From Dipteris shenzhenensis (taxonomy: Eukaryota), in assembly GCA_047967505.1 (NCBI GenBank), contig CM106538.1: a stretch of DNA of 64,000 nucleotides; one strand, given 5' to 3'. The position numbers were made by a program, and so were the translations under genes. Shown here piece by piece: positions 52,301 to 64,000 of the stretch. Position 1 is the first letter of the stretch; each line of letters begins with the position of its first letter. The notes below the pieces were generated by a model. The model did not search any database. It saw nothing but the letters and a program-made list of their open reading frames with translations, and was not told where the DNA came from.

Positions 52301-54763
52301 TTGAAATGCCCAAACACTTCAATTTTCCTTTTCATAAAGACACCCAAACTTTTCTGCTGTAATCATTAATAAAAGTGACAAACTAATGACAGCCTCCAAT
52401 AGATGCAGCTTTAGTAGTCCACAATTCAGAGTGGATTAATTCCAATGGCTTCTTACTCTCTTGAACATGTTTAGGAAATGGTTTCCTTGCCTGTTTTCCA
52501 AATTGACAGGCTTCACATACCTTATGCATTTCCGCAACCTTGAATTTAGGCAATCTTGCAATAATATTTTGGGCCTACATTCATTTAAGTTGTTGTACAT
52601 TAACTTAACCAATATGTTTATGCCAGATATCAATATCTGTAACTACACCGGTCCCATGTGCAAACATTGCTGCACTCAATTCAGGCATGTCCGCATCCAA
52701 TGTAAACATCTTGCCCTTCTTCTTTCCTTTTGCTATCAAGCGACCGTTATTTTTCATATCCTCAACAAAGCATCCATGAGGATTAAATCCTCGATTAAAT
52801 CTGACCTGCAAGCCCTGCTCAACCATTTGACCAACAAAAACCAGGTTCTTGGTGATATTTGGGACATGAAATACATCAGACAGGTATTTCTTTTTCCCAT
52901 CCTGCATAGACAAAGGAATTTTACCAATCTGCACAATAGGATGTGTAGTCTCATCACCAATCTCCACAAATCCTGGTCTTTCCATTTTCCTTGCATCTTG
53001 CATCCATTCTAGATGGCCTGTCATGTGGTTTGACACACCTGAGTCAGCATACCACACATCATTGCTTTCTTCTACACTTGTCACAGAATTGGTCATGTGC
53101 TGCATCATAAATAGATGCTCATTTCTGTCATCACCCTGTCTACTAGAAGATGCATAATTCCCTTGCTGCAATTTTCCATTCATGATGTCATTCTGCTTTT
53201 TATAGCAGTCTTTAGCCATATTACCCATTTTACCATAGTAGTAATATTCAACATTATTGTTTGCATTTTGGCCTCTCTGCCATCCACCATGACCTCTTTA
53301 GCTCCCCCTGCCTCTAGAGTTATCAGGTCCTCCTCCACCATAGGACTGGTTTTCTTGAGTTTGCTGCATATTCTAATTTCTAACACGGCCTCCAGATCGG
53401 CCTGCTCTACCTCTTCTAGCATTTGAATAGAAGACAGTTTCTTTTGAAGTTCCTCCAGAAGAAGCTGCACCACCATTTCTCTACTGTTCAGAAATTAGAA
53501 GAGCAAACAACTTCTATAAATCAAGAAATTTTTCATGGACGGCAATGGATGTATGGAACTGTGCATAATCCTTTCCTAGACCATTCAAAGTCACAAAAAC
53601 TAAATCATCATCTTCCACTGGTGACCCAATGGAAGCAAGTACATCTTCACCTTCATGTGGTAGTCATTGATGCTCATATTTTCTCTCTGCACATTGTGCA
53701 ACTCCTGCTTGAGCTGCATTTTCCTAGCTTGCATATTTGTGCTATACATTTTTGCCAAAGTATCCCATGCCTCCTTTGGCGTACTTGCATCCTGAATATG
53801 CACAATCGTAGAATCTGAAATACTGATAGACAGCCAGTACATAACTTTCCTGGCTCTCTTATGCCATCCTTTAAATGCTTGCATTTCCTCTTGATTGGGA
53901 ACATTAGGAAGAACTGGTTCTTCTTCATTTCCTGTAATGAACTCCCAATAGCCTTTTCCCATAAGGAAATTTGTCATTCTAAACTTCCATGCTTGGAAGT
54001 TGTTCTTGTCAAGCTTTTCAATGACAATCTGTGAAAGAGAATCAGACGCCATTACAGAACACTACAAAATATTTTGTCACTACAAAAAACATAGCTTCTG
54101 CCTCACAAGGGCAAATCTACAAAACTGACAAAAGTGGTATTTGACCACACAGTCACTTCCTAGTGATGATTTTGCATGAACGGGCAATAAGGATGATTCT
54201 GTAACTCCCAATATCTCTATGCATAGGCATATGATGCAATTTCTGTGGCAACTTTTCACCGACCTGCAAAGTAGTGGTTGTACAGCAAAAAAAAGGCCTT
54301 TTTCTCATTACTTGGGGAGAACTTTTGCCTCTAAAACGGGCCCCAAAATGGCCTCAAACTAGAAAAATGAAGTCACCCTTGCCACACCGCGAAGGGCATC
54401 TCAATCTGAGACAATGCACTCTTACACTTTTCAGCTGTGCTACCTGCAGAGATTTGCTCCCAAACTCGAAAAAGGAAAGCAACACTGGTCCTCTTACCAG
54501 GACACCGCAAACTTGGTTTGCTTTCTTGAGCTCCTTACCATGAACGAGGCTCCAATACCATGTGAAGAGAGTGGGAGATAAGGAAGGAGTCTGACTTGTG
54601 GCTTTCTCACATACACAATGGGGGAATACACACAAAGGTGGAGGCTGAAAATAGTTTTCCTCTTCTTAGCTGTGAAAGCTAAAAGAACTCTACTAACAAG
54701 TCGATGACATAAATGCACAACGGTCACTTTGGCATATCACAAGTGGAGCTCGATATCTCAACA
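49397..54763 (-). mobile_element. Full-length decayed copia family B element with TSD TCTCA; 3' LTR 49397-49748, 5' LTR 54561-54763 (~150-bp internal deletion)
   Basis: TCTCA at 49392-49396 and 54764-54768; degenerate PBS 54549-54560; PPT from 49749; colinear with 36847-42274 but with many more disabling mutations. Confidence 0.96.
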
Positions 54764-56600
54764 TCTCATGGGTTCTATTTTCATAGCATATTCTAGAAGG
54801 TAATATGATAGGCCTGTGTTTGTTATTTATACATGCTTGCCACAAGAGTAATATTCCTGCATGGTATGGAATGACATTGCGATGTTCTAGTGATGGACGG
54901 AAGTAGATCCATCTTTGTGTGAGAGGATCTATAGTAGGTTTAGTATCTAAATGTATTGGATATGGAAATCTATATTTGCATTTGTGGTTTGTGCTTGAAT
55001 CAAATAGACTGCATGTTGGCCTACATGTGTGGATTTGTTTTCTCTTTCCCATATAGTTAAGCTTTCTTTGAATTGAATTCTCTGGCGAGTCGTTAAAATC
55101 ATTCATGTAAGGGATATGTGCATCTATCTGGTTTGATACAATATCTATGTCTTGTTCATCTATCCATAGCATCATGTGTGCATGCATAAATCCTCGATTT
55201 TGTACCTCATATCTTATGATGTGATGGTTGACTCTACCTAGTAGTCCTTTATCGCATAGAATATATGTTGCTAAGAATTGTTGTAGTCTAACATGGAAGA
55301 GCACTGCACATGCAACTGGACAATCTCTCCATGTGAAGTTTTTATTGAATTGTTTAGCAATGGTTTCTATTTGATCGATTTCACACCATCTCGTGGTTGA
55401 TACCTCATCTGCAGTAAGTGTAAGGAATATGTTGGGAAGGTGCCATGTGTCAACCATTGCCATTAGATCTTTAAGTTTCTACGGTGCCATGAAGGAGATC
55501 CAGGAATAGGACTTGGTATCTAAAACTTAAGAATACATCTAATTATCTCTTGTTCAGATATTCTTGGATCTTGTCGTCTTTGTTGGTCAATATCTCTTTG
55601 TAATACTGTAGTTTGAGTAGAGTTTGCTATTAAAATAGATTGACATTTGTACCAATAACAAGTATGGTTTGTAAAGAGTGAACACGGAGAACAATGTTGA
55701 TATTCTCATTTTTAAATATACATTGAAGAACATCTTGCCATCATGAGCACCATATCCAAAAGGATAGAGGAATGGGAATAATGCATACTCTAGTGTTAAT
55801 TCGTCACATTGTGACAGACCTTCCATAGATGTTATGAGCTGATGCTCAATAATTCTTGTTGAACCACGAAGTACAATTGTCCCGACTTCATGTGATGTAT
55901 TTTTTTTGAATTGATGAGTTGTAGGTAGCATGTTGATTTGTTCTAGTAATGACAAGTAGTTGTCCTCATGTGCAATTTTCATAAGATCGAATGGTGAGTC
56001 AGTAGAGTGTCTTTCAAGAATATCATAAATAACTTCTGAAGAAAGAACACTTACTCCTAGTTTTGGATGCAATCGTTCATACATTGTCAATTATTTTTTA
56101 AATATGGGGTTTGTTCTAGAGTTGAACGCTAGAACGTGTTTTGTTGTTGATAGTAAGTTTGTTGAGTTACTACAGAATCTTTGTTGGCAATTCCAACATA
56201 TTAGTGGATTATCCAACATTGATCTCCTTTGTAGTATACCTATTGCTAAAGATGTAATACCTTTAAAAACGTTTAGGGATATATCGAATATAGAAAGCAT
56301 TTGCATTTGAAATATGTTTGCACCTAATACATTTTGTAAATAGTTTGGATTATAGTAAACCGAGTACAACTTTTTGAATGGACTATCTATGGATGCTTTA
56401 CAAGCCATTTTTTATCTATGTACCAGGCCATTTTCTACATGCAAACTTATGAACGTATTGGATAAGTCATATGGTGTTATACTTGATTCTAGTAGTGATA
56501 TTACTGATTTTAACTTTGTAAAAGAACCTGTGTTAAATTCTATTCTACCACAATATACACAATATTGCATTTTTGAAATATATTGAGAAGTGGTTCCATT
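54764..56600 (-). pseudogene. Helitron Rep (HUH/Y2) domain and N-terminal region
   Basis: GSPSWH..DLMAMV..PNIFLTLTADE (motif 1), RYEVQNRGFMHAHMMLW (HUH motif 2), CKYRFP, GLSYYLLEYAMK (motif 3); upstream EYALFPFLYPFGYG; frameshifted. Confidence 0.9.
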
Positions 56601-56889
56601 CTTTTAGAAATTTATTGATGAATAGCCATGAGGAGAAACTCGGTTGTGATCGTCTTTTCTTGTTTTCTATGCTAATGTAGGAAGCACGTTCTCTCCTTTC
56701 AATAAGAGACCTTTTTATATTTGTAAAATAAATTATATGTTGAAGTAGAAGCACCTACTTTATTTTCCCATTGTGGATGAGAGCATTAAAATGACTTGAA
56801 ATTCACCAATTCGAATAATCTGCAAACAAAATATCAAGGTTGTTAACACTTTATATTTTTCACTCAAAATTTATAACGTCTCTAGTTTA

Positions 56890-57510
56890 TGTTGATACCA
56901 ATTTGAATATAGCATTTGAATATAGCATATAGGAATTGGAATGTAGCATATACCGACACTCTAATAGCATTTCGAATATAGAACATGGTAAATAGCTCTT
57001 TCTTTTTGCACATAGGAGTTTGTGTTTAGCATATATTTTGTAGCTATTTGAATTTGGGATATAGCAGTTTTCATTTATCACTTTGTGTATATTTGGTGGC
57101 AATTTGAATTTGAGATAGAGGACTCTGAATTTTTTACATAGCGTTTTTCATTTAGAATTAGCACATACCATTGAGCAACTAGCATTTTTGCATTTAGCAC
57201 ATAGCACTTTTTATCCAACACATAAACAAATAAACTTAACCACACATTCATGTGTGGGGAGAGTTGGCACATTTCCTCTCCAAAAATTATAAGACCAAGG
57301 AACGTGCCTTTCCTTGGGTTCATATCATTTTGTATTTTGCACTTAGTGTTTTGCATATAGCAAGAATTATTTGAGTTTGGGATATAGAACATAGCACTTT
57401 GCATTTTGCACATGGTACTCTACTTTTAGGAATGTATGATTTTGTATTTTGCACACAGTATTTTGTATATAGCATGTAGCAATTTGAGTTTGGGATATAG
57501 AACTTTGCAT
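56890..57510. repeat. AT-rich degenerate repeats upstream of RepHel
   Basis: tttga(a/g)tttg(g/a)gatatag recurs at ~57047, ~57102, ~57370 and ~57483, with many atagca motifs. Confidence 0.6.
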
Positions 57511-57989
57511 TTAGTATATAGTAATTTTCATTGAGGTATTACTTTTAAATTTGCTAACACACCATATCAACATCTTGGGTGGTTCTTGTTCTAGGTATAT
57601 GTGTAGCGAGCTATATGGTGTGTTGACTTTGTATGGTTTCAAGCTTGTAGAAGAGGGGCTAGGAATGAGGGGGGGCTTTCCCACACCTAGGTTAGATGCA
57701 CACCATAAGAGTGAGCTTGTGAGGAATGATGGCTTCTGTCTTCTTGAAAGCTTGTATGATGAGATCCATTGGGTGAGGGATACGAAATCAGATTTGGGCA
57801 AGTATGGAGGAATTGTGAGTGGGGTCCAAGGTTGCAAAGAAGGTGCTTAAGGAGCTACAGACTAGAAAACCTTGTCATATACATATATTGGATGGGTACC
57901 ATCAGATTGGCTTTGCAAGGAATTATGATTGGTATCCTGAAAGCTTGAATGAGGAAATCCTTGTTTAGTTCTTAGAGTGAGCATGTGCA

Positions 57990-58642
57990 TCAGGAGCATG
58001 GATACTGGATAACAGATTTCTGAGTAACCTTCTTGTTGAAAGGTATGGAAAATGTGAAAAGCTAGAGTATGCACAAGCTGTTTTTAACAAAATACTCGTG
58101 GAGTATTTTGATGTGGTGGTGGTGACAACTCTTGTCAATATGTATGTTAAGTGCAGCAGCATGGATGATTCAAGGGATGTGTTTGCATAGATGCCACTTT
58201 GGAATGCAACCTCTTGGAATGCCATGATTACAATGTGTCTACACGATTCAATGGTTTTTTTTGCAAAGGTTGCACTATAGGATGCGATCTTGTGGAATGC
58301 TGCCCTAATCACAACTTGTCTCTAGGAAGTGCACAACGAGGAGGCTTTACAACTATTTGGTCAAATGCAAGGTGAAAGCATTGACCATAACAAGGTCATT
58401 TTCATTTGCATTTTGGATGTGTGCACCAAAGAAAAAGCCTTGGAAGATTGGGGCGCTTACATGCTAATTTTGTTGGCTCTGAATTGGAATCTGATGTTGT
58501 TGTGGGGATAGCCCTTGTCAATATGTATGGCAAATGTGGGAGTCTAGATGATTCTAGATCTGTGTTTGCAGTGATGCCTGTGTGAAATGTGGTCTCATGG
58601 AATACCATAATTTCAACATTTGCTCAAAACGGGTTCAACAAG
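57990..58642 (+). pseudogene. PLS-class pentatricopeptide-repeat pseudogene fragment
   Basis: DVVVVTTLVNMYVKCSSMDDSRDVF*MP..SWNAMI; EEALQLFGQMQ..VIFICILDVC; DVVVGIALVNMYGKCGSLDDSRSVF..*NVVSWNTII..AQNG..KEALQLF; stops and frameshifts. Confidence 0.88.
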
Positions 58643-58677
58643 GAAGCCCTACAACTGTTTGGTAAGCAGCCAAACTG

Positions 58678-58819
58678 GCACACACTTCAAGAGCATAGAC
58701 AAAGGTGATTTCATTCAGCTTGAGGCCCTCAAGCTTCCTCTGATGGACTAGCACACACTTTAAGAGCATAGACAAAGGTGATTTCATCAACTTGAAGCCC
58801 TCAAGCTTCCTCTAATGGA
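58678..58819. repeat. Tandem duplication of a ~73-bp unit
   Basis: gcacacactt.aagagcatagacaaaggtgatttcat...gccctcaagcttcctct.atgga occurs twice. Confidence 0.88.
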
Positions 58820-61068
58820 AAACATGCAAAGCACCTTTGTCATGTGAATTATGAGCAAAAGCTATAATCATAGGTCCCATCTTGACAAGTGCAATTATGA
58901 AAGCCATGTGTAGGATACATCCATGTGACTCCTATCTATTGCTATTCATAGTTGCATGAATCTCTCAACCCTGTTGTAGAGTTTCCATATTGGCATATGA
59001 ATTAAATGTGATAATTTTTGGCTCAATGATTCTTGCCTACACTTGTGCAACCTTGAATCTGCTGCTCTATTTCAATACAGCCATCCATACCATAGGCACC
59101 TCATGATGATGTGTAATCACTAAACCAACACGTGCCAATTTTTAGAGATGGCTCAGCATCGTTAGGCCTGGGAGAGGAGCTTGAGAAGAACCATATGGAT
59201 TCAGTCTGTTGACATAGTAGGTCTAGATGAGACAATAGCATGGAGTTGCTGGCGGGATAGGACATGCCTATGGTATGGATCAACACAAATGGCTGTACGT
59301 AAACTAAATTCTTCAACCTATTTCAGCACTACCTACCAGTTAACACAACACACCTTAATGTGGAATATCCTTCCTACTTGGCTAGGTCACCACAATTTAG
59401 TTTAAAGAAGGCCCTTTGTTGTTGATCTTTAAGGCACCAAAGCTTGTTTATAGCTTAGCTTTGATACCATGCTATGGAAATGAGTTGCTTGCTACAACCA
59501 ACTCCTACACAACATAATAAACATCACAAGGTCAAGGTGAATATGCTTGTGTATCAGCTAAAGCATCACTTAGGCCAGCATATATGTGGCAATGCCCTAC
59601 TTGTGAGCCTCCAAATGAGGAATGTAAAGGAGAATGAATAGAGATTTCCTTGTTACGATTTAGCTGGGGACAGGCTTTTGCATGCAGCCCATGTAAAGGA
59701 TTTTGGAGTCCACATTGGGCTGTCACATGCATGCCCATCATTGGGCTCCAATACGACTACTATATGGGCTAGATGATGGACTACTATATGGGGAGAGTCG
59801 GCCCAACCATAGGGTTGGAAGACCTAGTAGAGGGAGGTATTTATTGCAAAAAAATGGAAAAATATGTGCCCCAAGATAGAGAGTTCACATCGCAAGCACT
59901 TCACACATTCAACTTCTGCAAGAACACATAGTAAACAGAACTGCAATTTATTACAGCAAAAAAAATATTGAATAATGTTTAAAATTTTGCCGTAGGTTTC
60001 CACTGTGATGAGGAATCTCTACTCCGTCAAAGCTCCAGTTGGACATGCATCAGAGGGAGGCTTAGGTAGACTAGGCTGGGTAGGAGATAATCTGGAGAGG
60101 CACCGGAGTGAGGAGGAAAACTGTAGGAAATGAGTGAAGAGGATGGCTATGTGTAGGGGTAGGCCTCTGCTACTTACAAGTTTTAAAAGGCTAGGAGCAG
60201 GGTCTTTTCCCAAACTATGGAGATTACTTCTGCGCAGCCCCTATAGCTTCTGTTGTTGCTACAATCTTGTGCAAGACTGTAAGAAGAAGAAGGCAGATCA
60301 GCCCAAGAATGTAAAATCTGAGTCACAGAAAACCTATTTGGAAAGAGATTAGTTCTTCGTGGTTACACCCCATAGCCCTAAGATTTGTGCCATTGATCTA
60401 GACATGACTGTATGCATGTTTGACATAGAGCAATAGTCAGAGGATCGATAGCCTTTTGAGAAGGTGATGGATATGATAAGCTGCTCAGATCATGCTGAGA
60501 ACAACAAAGATATAATCTCGACCAGGGGGAGACCAAAGGTGGAGTAGTGGAACATGTTAGTGAATGCAAGAATTTCATAAGGAGGCTTTTTTGATTGGCT
60601 TTGGGGAGATACCTGACTTGCTCCAAATGGAAGAAAGACAAAGGACTGGGGTATGTTTTCTCTTTGTGCATTAATGTGGACTTCTAATGCATGCTTTGGT
60701 TGCCGGGTGGAGGGTGAAAGCCTTTTAGACATACAGAGAGGGAAGTCTCAGGGCAGATGCATTTGGTGAAATAAGAGTTCTACTAAAGGCTACTAGCAGT
60801 AACTAGTTTAGGAAAAATTGCGAGACATCCAAATAAATGGCATGCTAAACTTCCCCTTTTAGGGGGAAGACCAGGTGGGGCTTCTTGGAAAATATCGCGA
60901 TACTACTATAGCAACCCTAGCATGTCAGCATTCTCCACCTTGAAACCTTTTCTTGGTTTCTAGTTATCTCTAGCCTTAAGCTTTTAAAGCAAACAAACTA
61001 TCATCTTTCTTGAGGAGCTTTTTAAATTGTTTGGCTTTGCTACCTGCAATTTTTGATGATGAATACCA

Positions 61069-62860
61069 TGTAAACAAACCTCCTTACCTTTTGTCATGGA
61101 AGGTCTGACAAAATATGAAGAGGGGAGAGGAGAAGAGTGGAGATGAGGAGAGAGGGCACATCTAGAGAGCACACCACAAATGACTAACTGTACACTAGAT
61201 TTAGTTAAAAAAATAGAACTTTTAGGGTTAGGGTTAGGGGATCTAACCCTTTCCTTTATAGCACTCTATAAGGTTAGTGCTATGGACATATGATCACATG
61301 ATGGTGCTATGCACATATGATCACATGATGTTGAGCATGAACTCTCAACACCTTCCCTTAAGATCAACATCATGAAGTAGGCCTTCCCTCAAGATGATGA
61401 TTCTAGGGAATCGAAGAAGGACTGAGAATTACATTCCATCACACCCCTTTAATGGAAATGTCCTTCCTCTGCATCAAACCAAGAGCTAGTTGGTGTTTCT
61501 CGAATAGCTCTTTACCGAGTGGTTTGGTAAAGATGTCTGCAACATTTTCTTTGCTATCACAATGCTGCAGTGTGATGTCACCAAGTAACAGTCTTTCTCT
61601 GATGAAGTGCTCTCTGACATCAATGTGCTTTGTCCTCGAGTGATATACTAGATTCTTGGCCAATGCTTGCGCCGATTGATTATCACAGTATATTGTTGTT
61701 GGCTTTGACTCATTAAAGTAATATGTTTCTGACAATAGTCTTCTAAGCCATATAGCCTCACATGCACCTGGAGTGAGTGCTCTATATTCTGCTTCAGTTG
61801 AAGATAAAGAAACAGTTGGTTGTTTATTTGACAACCATGATATAGCACCTTGACCAAGGAAAAATGCATATCCCTATGTCGATCTCCTGGTGTCATGATC
61901 TCCAGCATAGTCACTGTCACAGTATCCATGCAACCATGGATGTCAGGACTATGATGAGACTTATGCTTCAGTAGCAAATATGGATTCCATATGGTTCTTG
62001 ATATCACTAGCAACACTCAGCAAATGGAATGTGTATCAGCTTGATGTCAAGAATGTATTTCTCAATGGTTATCTAGATGAGGAAGTCTACATGAGGTCTA
62101 CATGCAACAACCAGTAGGTTATGTTGAACCAGGAAAGGAGAATAAGGTTTTCCACCTCAAGAAAAGTCTCTATGGCTTAAAACAAGCCCCCAAAAGTTGG
62201 TACAGTAGAATTGACAAATATTTTGCTGATCTGGGATACATGAAGTCCAATGCAGATCATACTCTCTACTACAAAGTTCAAGGGGAAGACATTACTATTG
62301 CACTTTTGTACATAGATGACCTGATTGTGACAGGAAGCAAGGATAGCTTCATCAAAAAATGGAAACAAGACTTATCTACAAAGTTCAACATGAAAGATCT
62401 TGGACTTATGCACTATTGTCTTAGAATTGAGTTCTGGAGAGATTCAGATAGCACATTGATGAGTCAGCTTGTATGCTTTTCTTTCTTCACTTAAGCCAAC
62501 CATGATGCATTTTCGTGACTTTGCATCCAATTTTCTTCGATGATCATCATGTACGTGGGCATATGCTATGCAACCAAATATGTGGAGATGCCCAATGTGT
62601 GGCTTGTGTCTAGTGAATGCTTCATAGGGATTCATACCCTGTATTAGTTCGATAGGAAGCCGATTAATCAAGTAGTTAGCTATAGCTATTGCTTCTACCC
62701 AATACTGATTTGAAAGATGATTTTCACTAAGCATTGCTCCAGCACTGTCTACTAAAGTCTCATTCTTCCTTTTAGCTCGTGCATTCTACTGAGGAGTATC
62801 TGCACATGTGAATTGTCTTCGAATGCCGTGATTTTTGCAAAAGTTCATGAATGCTGAAGA
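61069..62860 (-). mobile_element. Rearranged copia family C remnant: integrase (62468-62860, -), inverted RT piece (61947-62462, +), RNase H (61439-61941, -), possible LTR 61069-61350
   Basis: YWVEAI..YLINRLP..HLHIFGC; plus-strand [47 protein letters not shown]. The LTR call is weak. Confidence 0.8.
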
Positions 62861-62937
62861 CTTGACGTGGCAGTCGGTGATGATGTGGCAGATAGGATTG
62901 ACACGTGGCAATTTTGAGACGCTTATCTACCACATGG

Positions 62938-63691
62938 CACTATGCAGGGCATGTGCATAGTAGGAGATCCACTTCTGGTTATGTGTTCACCTTTGCAAGT
63001 GGTGCAGTGTCGTGGATGTCTTGCACACAGAAGTGTGTTGCTTTGTCTACCACAGAGGCTGAGTATGTTGCAGCCACAGAGGGTTGCAAGGAGGCTATAT
63101 GGCTTGATTGGCTAGTGGGGGATTTGGGAATTCATATAGGTGTAGCAGCATTGCATAGTGATTCCATGAGTGCTATTCAGCTAGCACGGAATCCAGTCTT
63201 TCATGCAAAGACCAAACACATTGAGGTCAGGTACCATTTCATCAGGGAGGTACTTGAGGACAAGCGCATAGAGCTTGTCAAGGTTTATACAGATGATAAC
63301 CCTACAGATATGCTGACGAAGAGTCTACCTAGTCAACGGTTTGAGTATTGTCATGCATTGATGGGCATTGGATAGTATGCTCACTGGTTGTTCCCCCTTA
63401 AAGGCACATTGTCCTTTAAGTGGGAGGTTGTGGGGGTTAAAGGTCACTGTGCCTTTACCCCGGTTATGTACAATACTCAAAAACATATATAAATGAATGA
63501 AAAAGAAGATTAGGGTGTTCTGCACCCACCAAAACTTGTGTGGCTCTCTGCTTCTCTCTCTCCCTCTTCTGTTCTTGCTTCCGTTGAGAGCACTCTCAGG
63601 TGCTGTGAAAACACATGGAGTAGAGCTACTGGTGGCTGGATTGTCCAATGGTCTAGGTGTAGACCCATCGACATACTCCCATTTTTCCTAA
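62938..63691 (+). mobile_element. Copia family D 3' end: RNase H (to 63375), PPT ~63418-63428, LTR from 63429 (right end approximate)
   Basis: RRSTSGYVF..VALSTTEAEY..HAKTKHIEVRYHFIRE; aagtgggaggt followed by TGTGGG. Confidence 0.8.
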
Positions 63692-63953
63692 AGCACAAGA
63701 ATGGTCTCGATTTGGTATTTCCATGTACCGTAATTGGAGTTGTCTAACTTAGCAGATGTCTCCACATTGAGGTTGCTAGTCGACATGGTGCAAGAAATGT
63801 ACTCAAAAGTATTGTGAAGATCTCTGTATGAATCAACTGCAAATACATTGAATATGCCAAGTGAAATCTCTGTACCGTCGGTGAAGATAGAACTATGGTA
63901 TACAAAATCTGATCTGTATTACAAGGCTTGTGGCAATGATGCTAGGAATAGCC

Positions 63954-64000
63954 TGTAAGAAAATAATACGACGTCTATGCTCAACAGATAATAGGATCTC
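63954..64000 (-). repeat. End of another copia family A LTR, truncated by the window edge
   Basis: tgtaagaaaataatacg..gtct.tgctcaacagataa matches 2718 onwards. Confidence 0.85.

Larger units (their letters stand above)
45700..57510 (-). mobile_element. Helitron-like rolling-circle transposon (Helitron2/Helentron-like Rep, PIF1 helicase, second gene with GIY-YIG); termini approximate; interrupted by copia 49397-54763
   Basis: Contiguous AT-rich block carrying Rep, helicase and GIY-YIG coding regions in one orientation. Termini were not identified. Confidence 0.8.

Noticed and set aside
57540-57960. LINE RT fragment
   Set aside because: Only a vague resemblance around NDGFCLLE; not supportable.
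59458-59480. PBS-like TGGTATCAAAGC on the minus strand next to a possible LTR end
   Set aside because: No second LTR copy or internal coding region was found to define an element.

Overview
Land-plant nuclear DNA, probably a fern or lycophyte (inferred only from the PLS-class PPR remnant and the transposon repertoire), made up mostly of nested and rearranged transposons. There is one apparently intact host gene: a 5-exon chalcone-isomerase-fold fatty-acid-binding protein (FAP3-like) at 8981-10431 (+). At least four Ty1/copia families are present (family A with ~730-bp LTRs; family B with ~352-bp LTRs and two TSD-flanked full-length copies; C and D as fragments). The window also has rearranged Ty3/gypsy Tat-type elements with a second, archaeal-type RNase H, an 8-bp-TSD MITE family and a PPR pseudogene. 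The most notable structure is an AT-rich rolling-circle element on the minus strand (~45.7-57.5 kb). Its HUH Rep looks Helitron2/Helentron-like and is followed by a PIF1 helicase and then a separate spliced 4-exon gene ending in a GIY-YIG endonuclease domain. The element is decayed and split by a copia insertion just after the Rep tyrosine motif. All calls come from reading the sequence by eye; no database searches were run.
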